Shown: in pieces, positions 1-9,487 of the stretch
Numbering within the stretch: the first letter of the stretch is position 1
Layout: each line of letters opens with the position of its first letter
Source of the DNA: an uncultured Gemmatimonadales bacterium
GTDB taxonomy: Bacteria > Gemmatimonadota > Gemmatimonadetes > Longimicrobiales > RSA9
Assembly (NCBI GenBank): GCA_963798085.1
Contig: CAWCRS010000007.1
Coordinates: forward strand, 864,001 to 928,000
Reading direction: 5' to 3'
Length of the DNA stretch: 64,000 bases
Notes under the pieces: model-generated
Database searches by the model: none
Seen by the model: the letters and a program-made list of their open reading frames with translations, nothing else
What the model was told of the DNA's origin: nothing
Program-made: the position numbers and the translations under genes

Positions 1-336
1 CTCCAGCGACATTGCGTCCGGCAGCGCAGCGTCCAACCTTGTGGCGCAATGCCGTGGTGTGCGGGAGGGAGCGGCCTCATGTCAGGGACCCGACAACAGC
101 TCGTTAGCCTGCCAGTGTTGGCACGTCATTCGGAACGTGGGCGGACAGGAAGCCCTGCCTCTGGTGCCGCGGACGACGCAACGGGCGGTACGGTCCGCGG
201 CGGGCTGCCCTGGGCATCCCGCATGTTTCCGGAGCGACGAGCGTCCCGGCGGGCGCGCGGGTCGTCACGCGAGGATTGCCGGTCCGCCCGTGCACGATCA
301 GGTTGGGCTGGCCATTTGACTCGAGGAGCGGAGCCC

Positions 337-1554
337 ATGCTTGGCCTTGTCCGGAACATCGTTACCATCGCCATCGGGTTTGCGATCGTCGGCTGCGGCG
401 GTGGCGGGAACACGGCGGTGCGCACGGTGGAACGCGACAGCTCGGGCGTCACGATTGTCGAGAACCATGCGGACACGGCTGCGTTGCGCGCGGGCTGGTC
501 CCTCTCGCCGCAGCCCTCGCTGACCATTGGCGGCGGGGGCACTTCGGACAGCGCGCAGATCTATCAGGTCGCGGGGGCGGTGCGCCTCATGGACGGGCGC
601 ATTGTGGTTGCTGACGCCGGTGTCAGCCAGGTGCGCGTTTTCGCTGCGGATGGGCGTCGCCTGGCCGCCTGGGGGCACAAGGGCGAAGGCCCCGGCGAGT
701 ACACGCAGCCGCACCTCGCGGGACGCACACATGGAGACAGCGTCGTCGTATTCGATGCGTCACTGCGCCGCGCCACCGTGCTCGACCCTGATAACGGCGG
801 TGTTCGCTCGTACCTGGTGGGTAACTTTGGCGGTGGTTATCCCAACGCGCAGGGCGTGCTCGCCAATGGCAGCATCGCCATTGGCGGCGGCATGTACTTC
901 TCCAGCGAAACCGGCGGCATCCCCGAGGGAATGTTCCGCGCGCCCTCGAAGTACCTGCTGGTCAATGACACGGGAGCGCTGCGCACGGATCTGGGCGACC
1001 GGCCCGCGGCCGAGATGTTCAGCGCGCGCAGCGGCGGTCAGTTCAGCATGATGCCCATTCCATTTGCCCGCATCACCGGCTTTGCGCCTGCCGGCGATCA
1101 CGTTTGGCTGGGCACGGGCGATTCGTGGGAGCTGAGTGCCTACACACTCGACGGCAAGCTGGAGCGCATTGCGCGCTTCGATCGCGAGCTGGCGCCCGTC
1201 ACCGCGGCGATGCGCGCTGCCGAGACCGAGCGCCAGGTGGCCGATGCCAAGGACGACAACGATGCGCGCGCCACGCGTGCCAGGCTGGCGGCCATTACCT
1301 GGCCCGCACACGTGCCGCCATACGAACTGTTCCGCGCGGACGCGCTGGGTTGCGTCTGGATTGGCGAGACCGCGATCACGGACGGCCAGCGCACCTGGAC
1401 GATCATCGACGCGCGTGGCCATGCCATCGGCCGTGTGACGACACCGGCGCGTACGCTGCCGCTGGACATCGGCCGGGATTACATCCTGGCGGTCACCCGC
1501 GACGATCTGGATGTGGAGCGCCTGACGGTGTGGCGGCTGACGCGGCCGGGCTGA
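337..1554 (+). CDS. 6-bladed beta-propeller (NHL-like) lipoprotein
   Basis: ATG 337 follows GAGGAG; signal peptide with lipobox-like AIVGC; GHKGEGPGEY motif and repeated blade-like segments. Confidence 0.75.
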   Translation: MLGLVRNIVTIAIGFAIVGCGGGGNTAVRTVERDSSGVTIVENHADTAALRAGWSLSPQPSLTIGGGGTSDSAQIYQVAGAVRLMDGRIVVADAGVSQVRVFAADGRRLAAWGHKGEGPGEYTQPHLAGRTHGDSVVVFDASLRRATVLDPDNGGVRSYLVGNFGGGYPNAQGVLANGSIAIGGGMYFSSETGGIPEGMFRAPSKYLLVNDTGALRTDLGDRPAAEMFSARSGGQFSMMPIPFARITGFAPAGDHVWLGTGDSWELSAYTLDGKLERIARFDRELAPVTAAMRAAETERQVADAKDDNDARATRARLAAITWPAHVPPYELFRADALGCVWIGETAITDGQRTWTIIDARGHAIGRVTTPARTLPLDIGRDYILAVTRDDLDVERLTVWRLTRPG

Positions 1555-1842
1555 CGCCGGACCGTCTTGGCGTTCTTTCCTTCTGCCCCATCCAGCCATG
1601 TGTGGCAGGTGTCAGGTTGGTGCTTCACCCTCGCGCGTGCGCCATTCTGCTATCCGACTTGTCCCATTTGCCGGGGGGCTCAAGGTCGGGATGATCGCGC
1701 GCGGCTGGGTCGCGATGAACTCTAGCGGCTCGCCAGGCGTGTTCCATGGCTGGTAGGGTCGGGAAGATAGCGGATACATACCCGTCTTGGCGCAGTGAAT
1801 GGCTGGTTGTGCCTGACCCAAGAACGCCAAGACGGTCCGGGT

Positions 1843-2345
1843 CTACTCCAGCATCACCTGCTGCCCGTGCTCGGGCGCGGGGCGCACGTAGGAGTGCCGC
1901 ATGATCGTGCGCGCGCACGTGTTCCACCGCAGGATGGCGTCGTCGTTGCCGGGTGGGCGGAGCGCCTCGGCCTTCTCGTACCACTGCATGGCCTGGCGCA
2001 GCCAGTCGTAGGCGATGGCGCCATCGCCGGTGGCGTTGCGCTCGAGGTGCACGCCCGCCTGGCGCTCGCAGATGATGCCCGCGTAGTAGGCGCGATGGTA
2101 TTCGCTGGCCAGGCGAGGCAGCAGCGCCTTGGCCTCCTTCTGCGTGGCGCCGCGCACACTGCGGAACTGGTCGGTCAGCGAAAGCAGCAGTCCGATCAGC
2201 GCTTCCTGGTTGGTACCGTCCGTCTCCAGGAATATCCAGGCAGAATGCTCTCCGCTTCCCACGGCTCGTTGAGCAGACGATAGCGCTCGACTTTGCGCAG
2301 CGCCGCTTCGATGCCTTCCCTGGTCAGTTTCTTGAGCTCGAACAT
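1843..2345 (-). CDS. Conserved hypothetical alpha-helical (TPR-like) protein, split by indels
   Basis: MFELKKLTREG...EAESI (frame of ORF 2196-2408) joins LETDGTNQEAL...RWNTCAR...MLE (frame of ORF 1843-3198). Removing extra Ts near 2245 and 2232 restores ESICLDILET. GGAGG RBS upstream. Confidence 0.7.
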
Positions 2346-2735
2346 GTCTGCCTCCGTTACCCTGCACCGACGCCGTACCCTGCGGCGGTCCTGACACGAC
2401 ATTATCAAACCGTGGGCTCGCCCTGGCGCCAGTCAGCACCCGCCAACGCTGCGCCAGGTGAATCATCGCCGATATGGCCGCATCCGCCTCGCACGGGAGC
2501 AGCGTCGTCCTCGAAACGGCTCGCAGTCCGGCATCATCTGCCGCGATGCGCCAGGCGACCCCGCCCGAATGCGGAGCGGAAATTCGAAACCATTCTGCAG
2601 TGCAGTGCCCCGGGCCCCGGCATTCGACTGCCGCGAATTGTCCCAGGCCCTGCAACGCCGGAAAGGTCGTCGCCGCCGACACGCGCGGGGCGAGCGGCCG
2701 GGGCTGCGCCCTCGAAACCCGCTGCGATTCGTCCT

Positions 2736-3509
2736 CTAGGTTCTCGCCGGATCCTCCTGTTTGCGCGGGCGGCCGCGCACCAGCTGCACCAGCCGGGCGA
2801 GTGGGTCGTATGCGGCTGTCACCACGCGCTCCTTCAGCGGGATGATGGCGTTGTCCGTGATGTGTATCTCTTCCGGGCACACCTTGGTGCAGCACTTGGT
2901 GATGTTGCAGTAGCCGATGCCCTGCTGCTCGCGCAGCTCGGTGAGCCGATCGCGCGTGTCCAGCGGGTGCATCTCGAGCGCGGCACTGTACACCAGGAAG
3001 CGCGGTCCAATGAACTGTTCGTGCATGTGATGCTCGCGCAGCACGTGGCACACGTCCTGGCACAGGTAGCACTCGATGCACTTGCGGAACTCCATCACGC
3101 GGTCGACGTCCTTCTGGTCCATGCGCCACGTGCCATCGGGCGCATCGGGCGCGCGCGGCTGGAACGGCTTTATGCGCTTCTTGACCGTGTAGTTCCACGA
3201 CACGTCAGTGACCAGGTCGCGGATCAGCGGGAACGCGCGCATGGGCTCGATCGTGATGGGCTTGTCCGTGGGCAGCGTGTTCATGCGCGTCATGCACATC
3301 AGGCGGGGCTTGCCGTTGACCTCGGCGGAGCAGGAGCCGCAGCGCCCGGCCTTGCAGTTCCAGCGGATGGCGAGGTCGTTGGCCTGCTCGGCCTGGATGC
3401 GGTGCATGGCATCGAGCACGACCATGCCTTCGCTGACATCTGTCGCGTAATCACGGAACTCGCCGCCGCCGGCATCGCCGCGCCACACCCGGAACGAGAC
3501 CCTTGCCAT
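2736..3509 (-). CDS. sdhB: Succinate dehydrogenase/fumarate reductase iron-sulfur subunit
   Basis: Cluster motifs CKAGRCGSC, CIECYLCQDVC and CNITKCCTKVC. Confidence 0.95.
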   Translation of the reverse strand: MARVSFRVWRGDAGGGEFRDYATDVSEGMVVLDAMHRIQAEQANDLAIRWNCKAGRCGSCSAEVNGKPRLMCMTRMNTLPTDKPITIEPMRAFPLIRDLVTDVSWNYTVKKRIKPFQPRAPDAPDGTWRMDQKDVDRVMEFRKCIECYLCQDVCHVLREHHMHEQFIGPRFLVYSAALEMHPLDTRDRLTELREQQGIGYCNITKCCTKVCPEEIHITDNAIIPLKERVVTAAYDPLARLVQLVRGRPRKQEDPART

Positions 3510-5326
3510 TATTTCAGCTCCTCAATGATCTGCTTCAGATCGGGTCGCATTTCCTTCACCGGGATGCGTTCCACGCTCATGCCTCCATCCGCCGCCATGC
3601 GAACAACCAGGTTATGCCGGCCCCAGTCCGCATCCTTGCTGCTGTAGTCCTCGCGGAAATGCGCGCCCCGCGATTCCTTGCGCGTGAGCGCGCAGCGCGT
3701 GACCGCCTCGGCCACGGTGAGCAGGTTGCGCAGGTCGAGCGCGGTGTGCCAGCCCGGGTTGTACTCGCGGTTGCCGTAGACTGCCACATTCGCCGCCTTC
3801 GCCTCGAGCTGCTCGATCACACCCAGCGCGCGCTGCATTTCGGCTTCGTTGCGGACAATGCCGACCAGGTCCTGCATGGATTCCTGCAGTTCGTGTTCGA
3901 TCGCGAACGGGCCATCGGACCCGGCCGAGCCGTTGCGCTCGAAGGGTGCGAGGGCGGTGCGAGCCGCGTCGTCGACCTGATCCGTGTCAACCATGGGTTC
4001 ACGGCTTTCGCGCGCGAACCCCGCCGCGTGATCCCCCGCCCGCCGGCCGAACACCAGCAGGTCTGACAGCGAGTTGCCGCCCAGCCGGTTGGCGCCGTGC
4101 AGGCCCGCGCCGCACTCGCCCGCAGCGAACAGTCCCGGCACCGTCGACATCTGCGAGTCCGGGTCCACCCGCACGCCGCCCATCACGTAATGCGTTGTTG
4201 GTCCAACCTCCATCGGCTCTTCCGTGATGTCGATGTCGGCGAGCGCCTTGAACTGGTGGTACATGCCGGGCAGCTTGCGCTTGATGTGCTCGCGGCCGTT
4301 CTTCACGCGCTCGCGGATCCAGGCAATGTCGAGGAAGACGCCGCCGTGTGGGCTGCCGCGGCCTTCCTTGATCTCGGTCACGATCTTGCGCGCCACGTGG
4401 TCGCGCGTCAGCAGCTCGGGCGGCCGGCGCGCGTTGCGATCACCCTGCGTGTAGCGCCAGCCCTCCTCTTCATTGTCCGCCGTCTGCGCCACGTAGGCGG
4501 GCGGTATCTCATCGAACATGAAGCGCCGGCCCTTGCTGTTGCGCAGCACGCCGCCTTCGCCACGCACGCCTTCCGTGACCAGGATGCCGCGCACGCTGGG
4601 CGGCCACACCATGCCCGTCGGATGGAACTGCACGAACTCCATGTCGATCAGCTCGGCGCCCGCGTGGTAGGCCAGCGCGTGGCCATCGCCCGTGTACTCC
4701 CAGCTGTTGCTGGTGACGCGGAAAGCGCGGCCAATGCCACCCGTCGCCAGCACCACTGCCTTCGCGGGGAACAGCACGAAGCGGCCGCGCTCGCGCTCGT
4801 AGCCGAACGCCCCCGCAATGCGCTCGCCGTCGCGCAGCAGCGCAATGATCGTGCACTCCATGTGAAAGGAAATGCCGCGGTGCACGCCGTGGTCCTGCAG
4901 TGTGCGGATCATTTCGAGGCCGGTACGGTCGCCCACGTGCGCCAGCCGCGGGTACGCGTGGCCGCCGAAATTGCGCTGCAGGATGCGACCGTCCGGTGTG
5001 CGGTCGAAGAGCGCGCCCCACGCTTCCAGCTCGCGCACGCGATCCGGTGCCTCCTTCGCGTGCAGCTCTGCCATGCGCCAGTTGTTGAGGTACTGCCCGC
5101 CTCGCATGGTGTCGGCGAAGTGCACCTTCCAGCTGTCGCGGTCGTCGACGTTGCCCAGTGCCGCCGCGACGCCGCCCTCCGCCATCACGGTGTGCGCCTT
5201 GCCCAGCAGGGATTTGCAGACAACGCCCACGGACACGTTGGCGGCGGACGCCGCGATCGCGGCCGAGAGTCCCGCGCCGCCCGCGCCGATGACGAGCACG
5301 TCATAGGGGTGTGTCGCGTGCTCCAT
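3509..5326 (-). CDS. sdhA: Succinate dehydrogenase/fumarate reductase flavoprotein subunit
   Basis: DVLVIGAGGAG FAD-binding motif, AHTVMAEGG covalent-FAD His, QFHPTG, HYVMGG, HGANRLGGNSL. Confidence 0.95.
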   Translation of the reverse strand: MEHATHPYDVLVIGAGGAGLSAAIAASAANVSVGVVCKSLLGKAHTVMAEGGVAAALGNVDDRDSWKVHFADTMRGGQYLNNWRMAELHAKEAPDRVRELEAWGALFDRTPDGRILQRNFGGHAYPRLAHVGDRTGLEMIRTLQDHGVHRGISFHMECTIIALLRDGERIAGAFGYERERGRFVLFPAKAVVLATGGIGRAFRVTSNSWEYTGDGHALAYHAGAELIDMEFVQFHPTGMVWPPSVRGILVTEGVRGEGGVLRNSKGRRFMFDEIPPAYVAQTADNEEEGWRYTQGDRNARRPPELLTRDHVARKIVTEIKEGRGSPHGGVFLDIAWIRERVKNGREHIKRKLPGMYHQFKALADIDITEEPMEVGPTTHYVMGGVRVDPDSQMSTVPGLFAAGECGAGLHGANRLGGNSLSDLLVFGRRAGDHAAGFARESREPMVDTDQVDDAARTALAPFERNGSAGSDGPFAIEHELQESMQDLVGIVRNEAEMQRALGVIEQLEAKAANVAVYGNREYNPGWHTALDLRNLLTVAEAVTRCALTRKESRGAHFREDYSSKDADWGRHNLVVRMAADGGMSVERIPVKEMRPDLKQIIEELK

Positions 5327-6129
5327 CAGAAGAACCTCCAGTCGCGCCACACACCCATGGAGCAGAGTCGCACGTACACATCGGAGAACGCCACCCAGAA
5401 GAGGCTCATCCAGGCGAAAAGCATGTGCCGCGCATTGAGTGCGCACGCGCCTCGATACGCCTGGTACTGCGCGGGCCGCTTCGAGATCTGCGTGAGTCCG
5501 CCACCGATCAGGTGGCGGAAGGAGTGGCAGCCCAGCGTGTAACCGCCCAGCAGCACCACGTTCATGGTCAGCACGATGCTGCCCACGCCCAGGCCCAGTT
5601 GTTCGCTGCCGGTCGCCGGATTCGTGAACCAGAACGCGTGCCATGCATTGCTCGCCAGCACCACGAGGAACACCAGCGCGACATAGAGGAAGTAGCGATG
5701 GATATTCTGGATGATGAGTGGGAACGAACGTTCGCCCAGGTATTTCTTGCGCGGCTCCCCCACCGTGCAGGAGGGCGGGTCCGCCCAGAATGCCTTGTAG
5801 TAGGCGCCGCGGTAGTAATAGCAGGTCAGGCGGAACCCGGCTGGCGCCCAGAGAATCAGGATCGCAGGCGAGAAGGGCAGCACTGGTGGCCACCACTGCG
5901 GTTTCGGCCCGAACCACGCGTGCGGCGAGTCGCCGAACAGTACCGGCGAATAGAACGGCGACAGATAATTGCCGAACGTGTAATGATCCCCCTGGAACGC
6001 CGCCCATGTGGCGTACACGAGGAATCCGGACAGCCCGAGAAACACCACCAGCGGCTGCAGCCACCAGGCATCGCGACGCGAGGTCATGCCGAAGCCGCGT
6101 CGCGCCACCGTGATCGTGCTCTGTGCCAT
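5326..6129 (-). CDS. Succinate dehydrogenase membrane anchor (mycobacterial Sdh1 / Rv0249c-like)
   Basis: Several TM helices; YLSPFYSP, RLTCYYYRGAYY, QNIHRYF and GCHSFRH motifs; coupled to sdhA. Confidence 0.85.
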   Translation of the reverse strand: MAQSTITVARRGFGMTSRRDAWWLQPLVVFLGLSGFLVYATWAAFQGDHYTFGNYLSPFYSPVLFGDSPHAWFGPKPQWWPPVLPFSPAILILWAPAGFRLTCYYYRGAYYKAFWADPPSCTVGEPRKKYLGERSFPLIIQNIHRYFLYVALVFLVVLASNAWHAFWFTNPATGSEQLGLGVGSIVLTMNVVLLGGYTLGCHSFRHLIGGGLTQISKRPAQYQAYRGACALNARHMLFAWMSLFWVAFSDVYVRLCSMGVWRDWRFF

Positions 6130-6892
6130 TCCTCCTCTCCGCGATCGTGGTTGGGTGGAGGCGCGCGCAATCTGGGGGGTGTGGGCGCAGCGGGCAAATC
6201 CACAGCGGTGGCCGTTTCTCGGGCTGGGGCCCGGGCTGGGGCTGGGGCACGACGTCTCAGGTGACGCAGGTTGGGTTGCCCGGGCGGTTGCTGGCGTAGC
6301 TCGGGGACGGACCGGACCGGCAGGCGGGCTGCCGGCAAATGTCGTGTTATACGCACTTCCAACCGCGCCCACGGCATTGAATGGGCGGACCTGCGCCACT
6401 TCCGTCGCGTCCATGATCGCGACGCAGGTCGCCGCGCCCCGGCACCTTTCCGGATAACCGCAACACACCAGTCGAGCCCAGCACGCAGTTCAATCCATCC
6501 GGTTCCGTTCCCGAGCAACCAGCCCCGGCAACCAGCCCCAGCCACGCCGTCCGATCCGTTCAGCCCAGAAGCGGGTTCAAGGAATCCGCCCGACCTCCCG
6601 AACCTCCAGATCGGGTGATTTCGTCCTGCCGCCCGGCAGGAACGCCGGTCCTTGCCGGCATCGGGTGGCGGGCTTGCGTAGGATGCGTTTGCCCGTTCGC
6701 ACCGGTCTCCGGCGCTCCACGAGTAAACACTGTCCCGGTTTGCGGGCCGTCCCGCGCAATGGCCTCAGCCAGCGAGCGCCACGCCGTCCGCGTGTCCGCT
6801 CGTCGTGGCGCAGGCAGAACGGGGCTCCGCAGCGGCGCCGGATCGCGTCGCGAAGCGGTTGTGCTCCAGTACAGGTGTCAGGGGGTGCAGAA

Positions 6893-8005
6893 ATGAATCT
6901 CGCTGCCCTGCTCGTGCGCAGCGCGCTGATCGCGCTGGGTTGTGGCGTGCTCGCCGCCGCCGCGGCCCTGCTCGGCCACGCTGCGTGGACCGATTTCCTG
7001 CATCATCGTCGTGAGCCGCAGTTGCAGCGCGCGCGCACGGTCTTCCGCGAGCTGCTCGCCACGACGACTGCCAGGCTGCGCGATACCAGCACGCGCACCA
7101 CCGATGCGAGCCGCGCCGCCGCCCGCGAGCGCCGCGAGCAGCTGGCCGTTCTGCGCGCACTCAAGCCGCGCGAGCGCGAGGCACTGGTGCTCCCGCTGGC
7201 CGAGCAGATCGAGCTGTCCGCACGTCCCGCGCTGCTCTGGGTCGCACGTGAGCTGGGCCTGGTGGCGCGCGGCATGGCGCTCACGCGTCACCGTCTGTGG
7301 TGGCAGCGTCTGCGCGGTGCGCGTCTGCTGACGGTGACGGGCGGAGGCGACGAAGTGATGCCGGCTCTGCTCCGGGATCCGCATGCCTCGTTGCGCGCGC
7401 AGGCCGCGCGCTGGGCGACACTCCACCCTTCGCCCGCCATCGCGTGTGCGCTGCTCGAGCGCATCACCGATCCCGACGACGCGGCGCGCAGCGCCGTTCA
7501 CGATGCGTTGTGCCAGCTGCAGTCGCTCTCCACTGCGCCGCTGATGCAGCTCCTCGAGCAATGCGATGGGCCGCATGCGGAAGCCGCGCTGGCGCTGGGC
7601 GCGCTCATGCCGCAACCCGATTTCCAGCCCCTCGCCGTGCGCCACTGCGCGCACGAAGCTCCGGGCGTCCGTGCCCACGCCATTGCGCTGCTCGCGATCG
7701 TGGGCGATGCCAATGCGTCGCATCACATCGTGCGCGGACTCGAGGATGAGGATGCGGGCGTGCGCGCTGCAGCCGTGCGTGCACTCGGTCGCATGGGTCA
7801 ATGGCATCGCGCACCCGCGCTGGCTGCCCGCCTGCGCGACAATTCCTGGGACGTGCGCCGCGCCGCCGGCCTTACGCTGCGCAGCCTGGGCAGCCCGGGC
7901 CTCACGGTGCTCCGCCGCATGACCACGGACGGCAACAGCTTCGCGGCAGACATGGCGAGGCAGGTGCTGGATCTGCCGGCCGGCGTAGCGGAGGTGTTCG
8001 CATGA
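6893..8005 (+). CDS. HEAT-repeat protein with N-terminal membrane anchor
   Basis: Repeats of the type LxDxxxxVRxxAxxAL (e.g. LEDEDAGVRAAAVRALG, LRDNSWDVRRAAGLTL); hydrophobic N-terminus. Confidence 0.85.
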   Translation: MNLAALLVRSALIALGCGVLAAAAALLGHAAWTDFLHHRREPQLQRARTVFRELLATTTARLRDTSTRTTDASRAAARERREQLAVLRALKPREREALVLPLAEQIELSARPALLWVARELGLVARGMALTRHRLWWQRLRGARLLTVTGGGDEVMPALLRDPHASLRAQAARWATLHPSPAIACALLERITDPDDAARSAVHDALCQLQSLSTAPLMQLLEQCDGPHAEAALALGALMPQPDFQPLAVRHCAHEAPGVRAHAIALLAIVGDANASHHIVRGLEDEDAGVRAAAVRALGRMGQWHRAPALAARLRDNSWDVRRAAGLTLRSLGSPGLTVLRRMTTDGNSFAADMARQVLDLPAGVAEVFA

Positions 8006-9471
8006 GCCCGACATTCCTCGAGCTGCTGCGCAGCACGACGGGCGCCCTCGAGCTGCTGGCAATTCTCGTCGGCTGTCTGCTGAGCGGCTGGGGCCTCGTG
8101 CTGCTGGCGGCCGCGGCCCTGGAAGCGCGCGCCCACCGTCCGCTGGGTGGCGAGCCGCCTCAGCTACGCAACGCCTCGCCGTCCACGCCGCGTGTCAGCA
8201 TTCTCGTGTCGGTGCGGAACGAGCGGGCCACGATCGTCGATCGGCTGCGCGCCATCAAGCGCGTTGACTGGTCCAATCTCGAGGTCGTCGTGGTCAATGA
8301 TGGCTCGCGCGATGGTACGCTGGATGAGCTGCGCAGCGCGCTCGATCTCGTGCGCATCCACGCCATCTATCGACGCACGCTTTCCACGCGGCCGATCCGC
8401 GGCCTGCATCGCACGCGCACGCACCCGAACCTCATCGTCGTCGACAAGGAACAGGGCGGCCGCGCCAATGCGCTCAATGCCGCGCTCGACGTCGCCACAG
8501 GCGATCTCGTGTGCGCGCTCGAGCCTGGCGCCACACTCGAGCCCGATGCCGTGCCGCGACTGGTCGCACCATTCCTCGATCACGCCGACACCGTCGCCGC
8601 CGCCGGCGCCATCGGCGTTGCCAATGGCTCGGTGACACACGATGGGTGCGTCGTCGAGGGGCGCGTGCCGCTGCACGCCGTGGCCGGATTCCAGCTGCTG
8701 GCGTATCTTCGCACGTCTCTCTTCGCCCGCCTCGGCTGGAATCGGCTGGGCGGCAATCTCGACCTGGCGGACACGGTCCTGCTCTATCGACGCGCTTCGC
8801 TGCTTCGTGCAGGTGGCTTCGAGCGGGCGGAAGCGGGCGCCGACTCTGCAGTGATCGCCCGGCTGTTCGCAGGGACGAGCGAACACCGCGCAGGCCGTCA
8901 TGTCCACTTCCTGCCCGAGCCCGTGGCATGGACCCTGGCGCCGCAGCAAGCGGCAGTCATCGGACGGCAGCACGCAGCCCGACAGCGCGCGCTCGCGGTT
9001 CTGCTCGTATCGCAGTGCCGCAAGTACTTCCACGTGCGCGGCGCACCCTCGTGCCTGCTGCCCCGGCTGCACGCGCTGACAGAGCTGTTCGCACCCGTCA
9101 TCGAACTCGCAGGCCTGCTGGCGCTCCTGGTGGCGGCCAGCGCCGGTGTGCTCAATGGCCCCCTCGCCGCGCTTCTCCTGCTGACGAGTTGCGGCCTCAC
9201 TACCGTGCACACGCTGGCGGCACTGGTGCTGGAGGAACTGGTTCGCTGTCGCTACACGCGGCGGCGCGACAAGCTGCTGCTCCTTTGCTGGGCGCTGCTC
9301 GAGAATCTGGGCTATCGTCAGCTGCTTCAGATCTGGCGTGCGCGCGGCCTGTTCAGCACACTGCGCCGCCCGCCGGCAACACGCACGGTGCAGCAGGTGC
9401 TCGTACCCGTACCTGCGGCCACGCCTGCCATGACTGTGCTCGCGGCGCGACCGTCGGCAGGAGCCGCCTGA
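8002..9471 (+). CDS. Membrane GT2 glycosyltransferase-like protein (PgaC/IcaA-like) with degenerate catalytic motifs
   Basis: VVVVNDGSRD, GGRANALN, ENLGYRQL and C-terminal TMs present; DxD and QxxRW absent; ATGA overlap with the HEAT gene. Confidence 0.85.
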   Translation: MSPTFLELLRSTTGALELLAILVGCLLSGWGLVLLAAAALEARAHRPLGGEPPQLRNASPSTPRVSILVSVRNERATIVDRLRAIKRVDWSNLEVVVVNDGSRDGTLDELRSALDLVRIHAIYRRTLSTRPIRGLHRTRTHPNLIVVDKEQGGRANALNAALDVATGDLVCALEPGATLEPDAVPRLVAPFLDHADTVAAAGAIGVANGSVTHDGCVVEGRVPLHAVAGFQLLAYLRTSLFARLGWNRLGGNLDLADTVLLYRRASLLRAGGFERAEAGADSAVIARLFAGTSEHRAGRHVHFLPEPVAWTLAPQQAAVIGRQHAARQRALAVLLVSQCRKYFHVRGAPSCLLPRLHALTELFAPVIELAGLLALLVAASAGVLNGPLAALLLLTSCGLTTVHTLAALVLEELVRCRYTRRRDKLLLLCWALLENLGYRQLLQIWRARGLFSTLRRPPATRTVQQVLVPVPAATPAMTVLAARPSAGAA

Positions 9472-9487
9472 GGAGCGCAGTGCACGC

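Noticed and set aside
1843..3198. 451-aa minus-strand ORF as a single gene
   Set aside because: Its N-terminal part overlaps sdhB out of frame; only the last ~130 aa belong to the frameshifted hypothetical gene
6221..6248. GGGCTGG short repeats upstream of the sdh operon
   Set aside because: Short low-complexity tract with no supporting context
6660..6700. GGGCAAAC...ACGCAAGCC on the minus strand resembling a c-di-GMP-I riboswitch
   Set aside because: Lacks the GNRA-capped stem and the receptor hairpin
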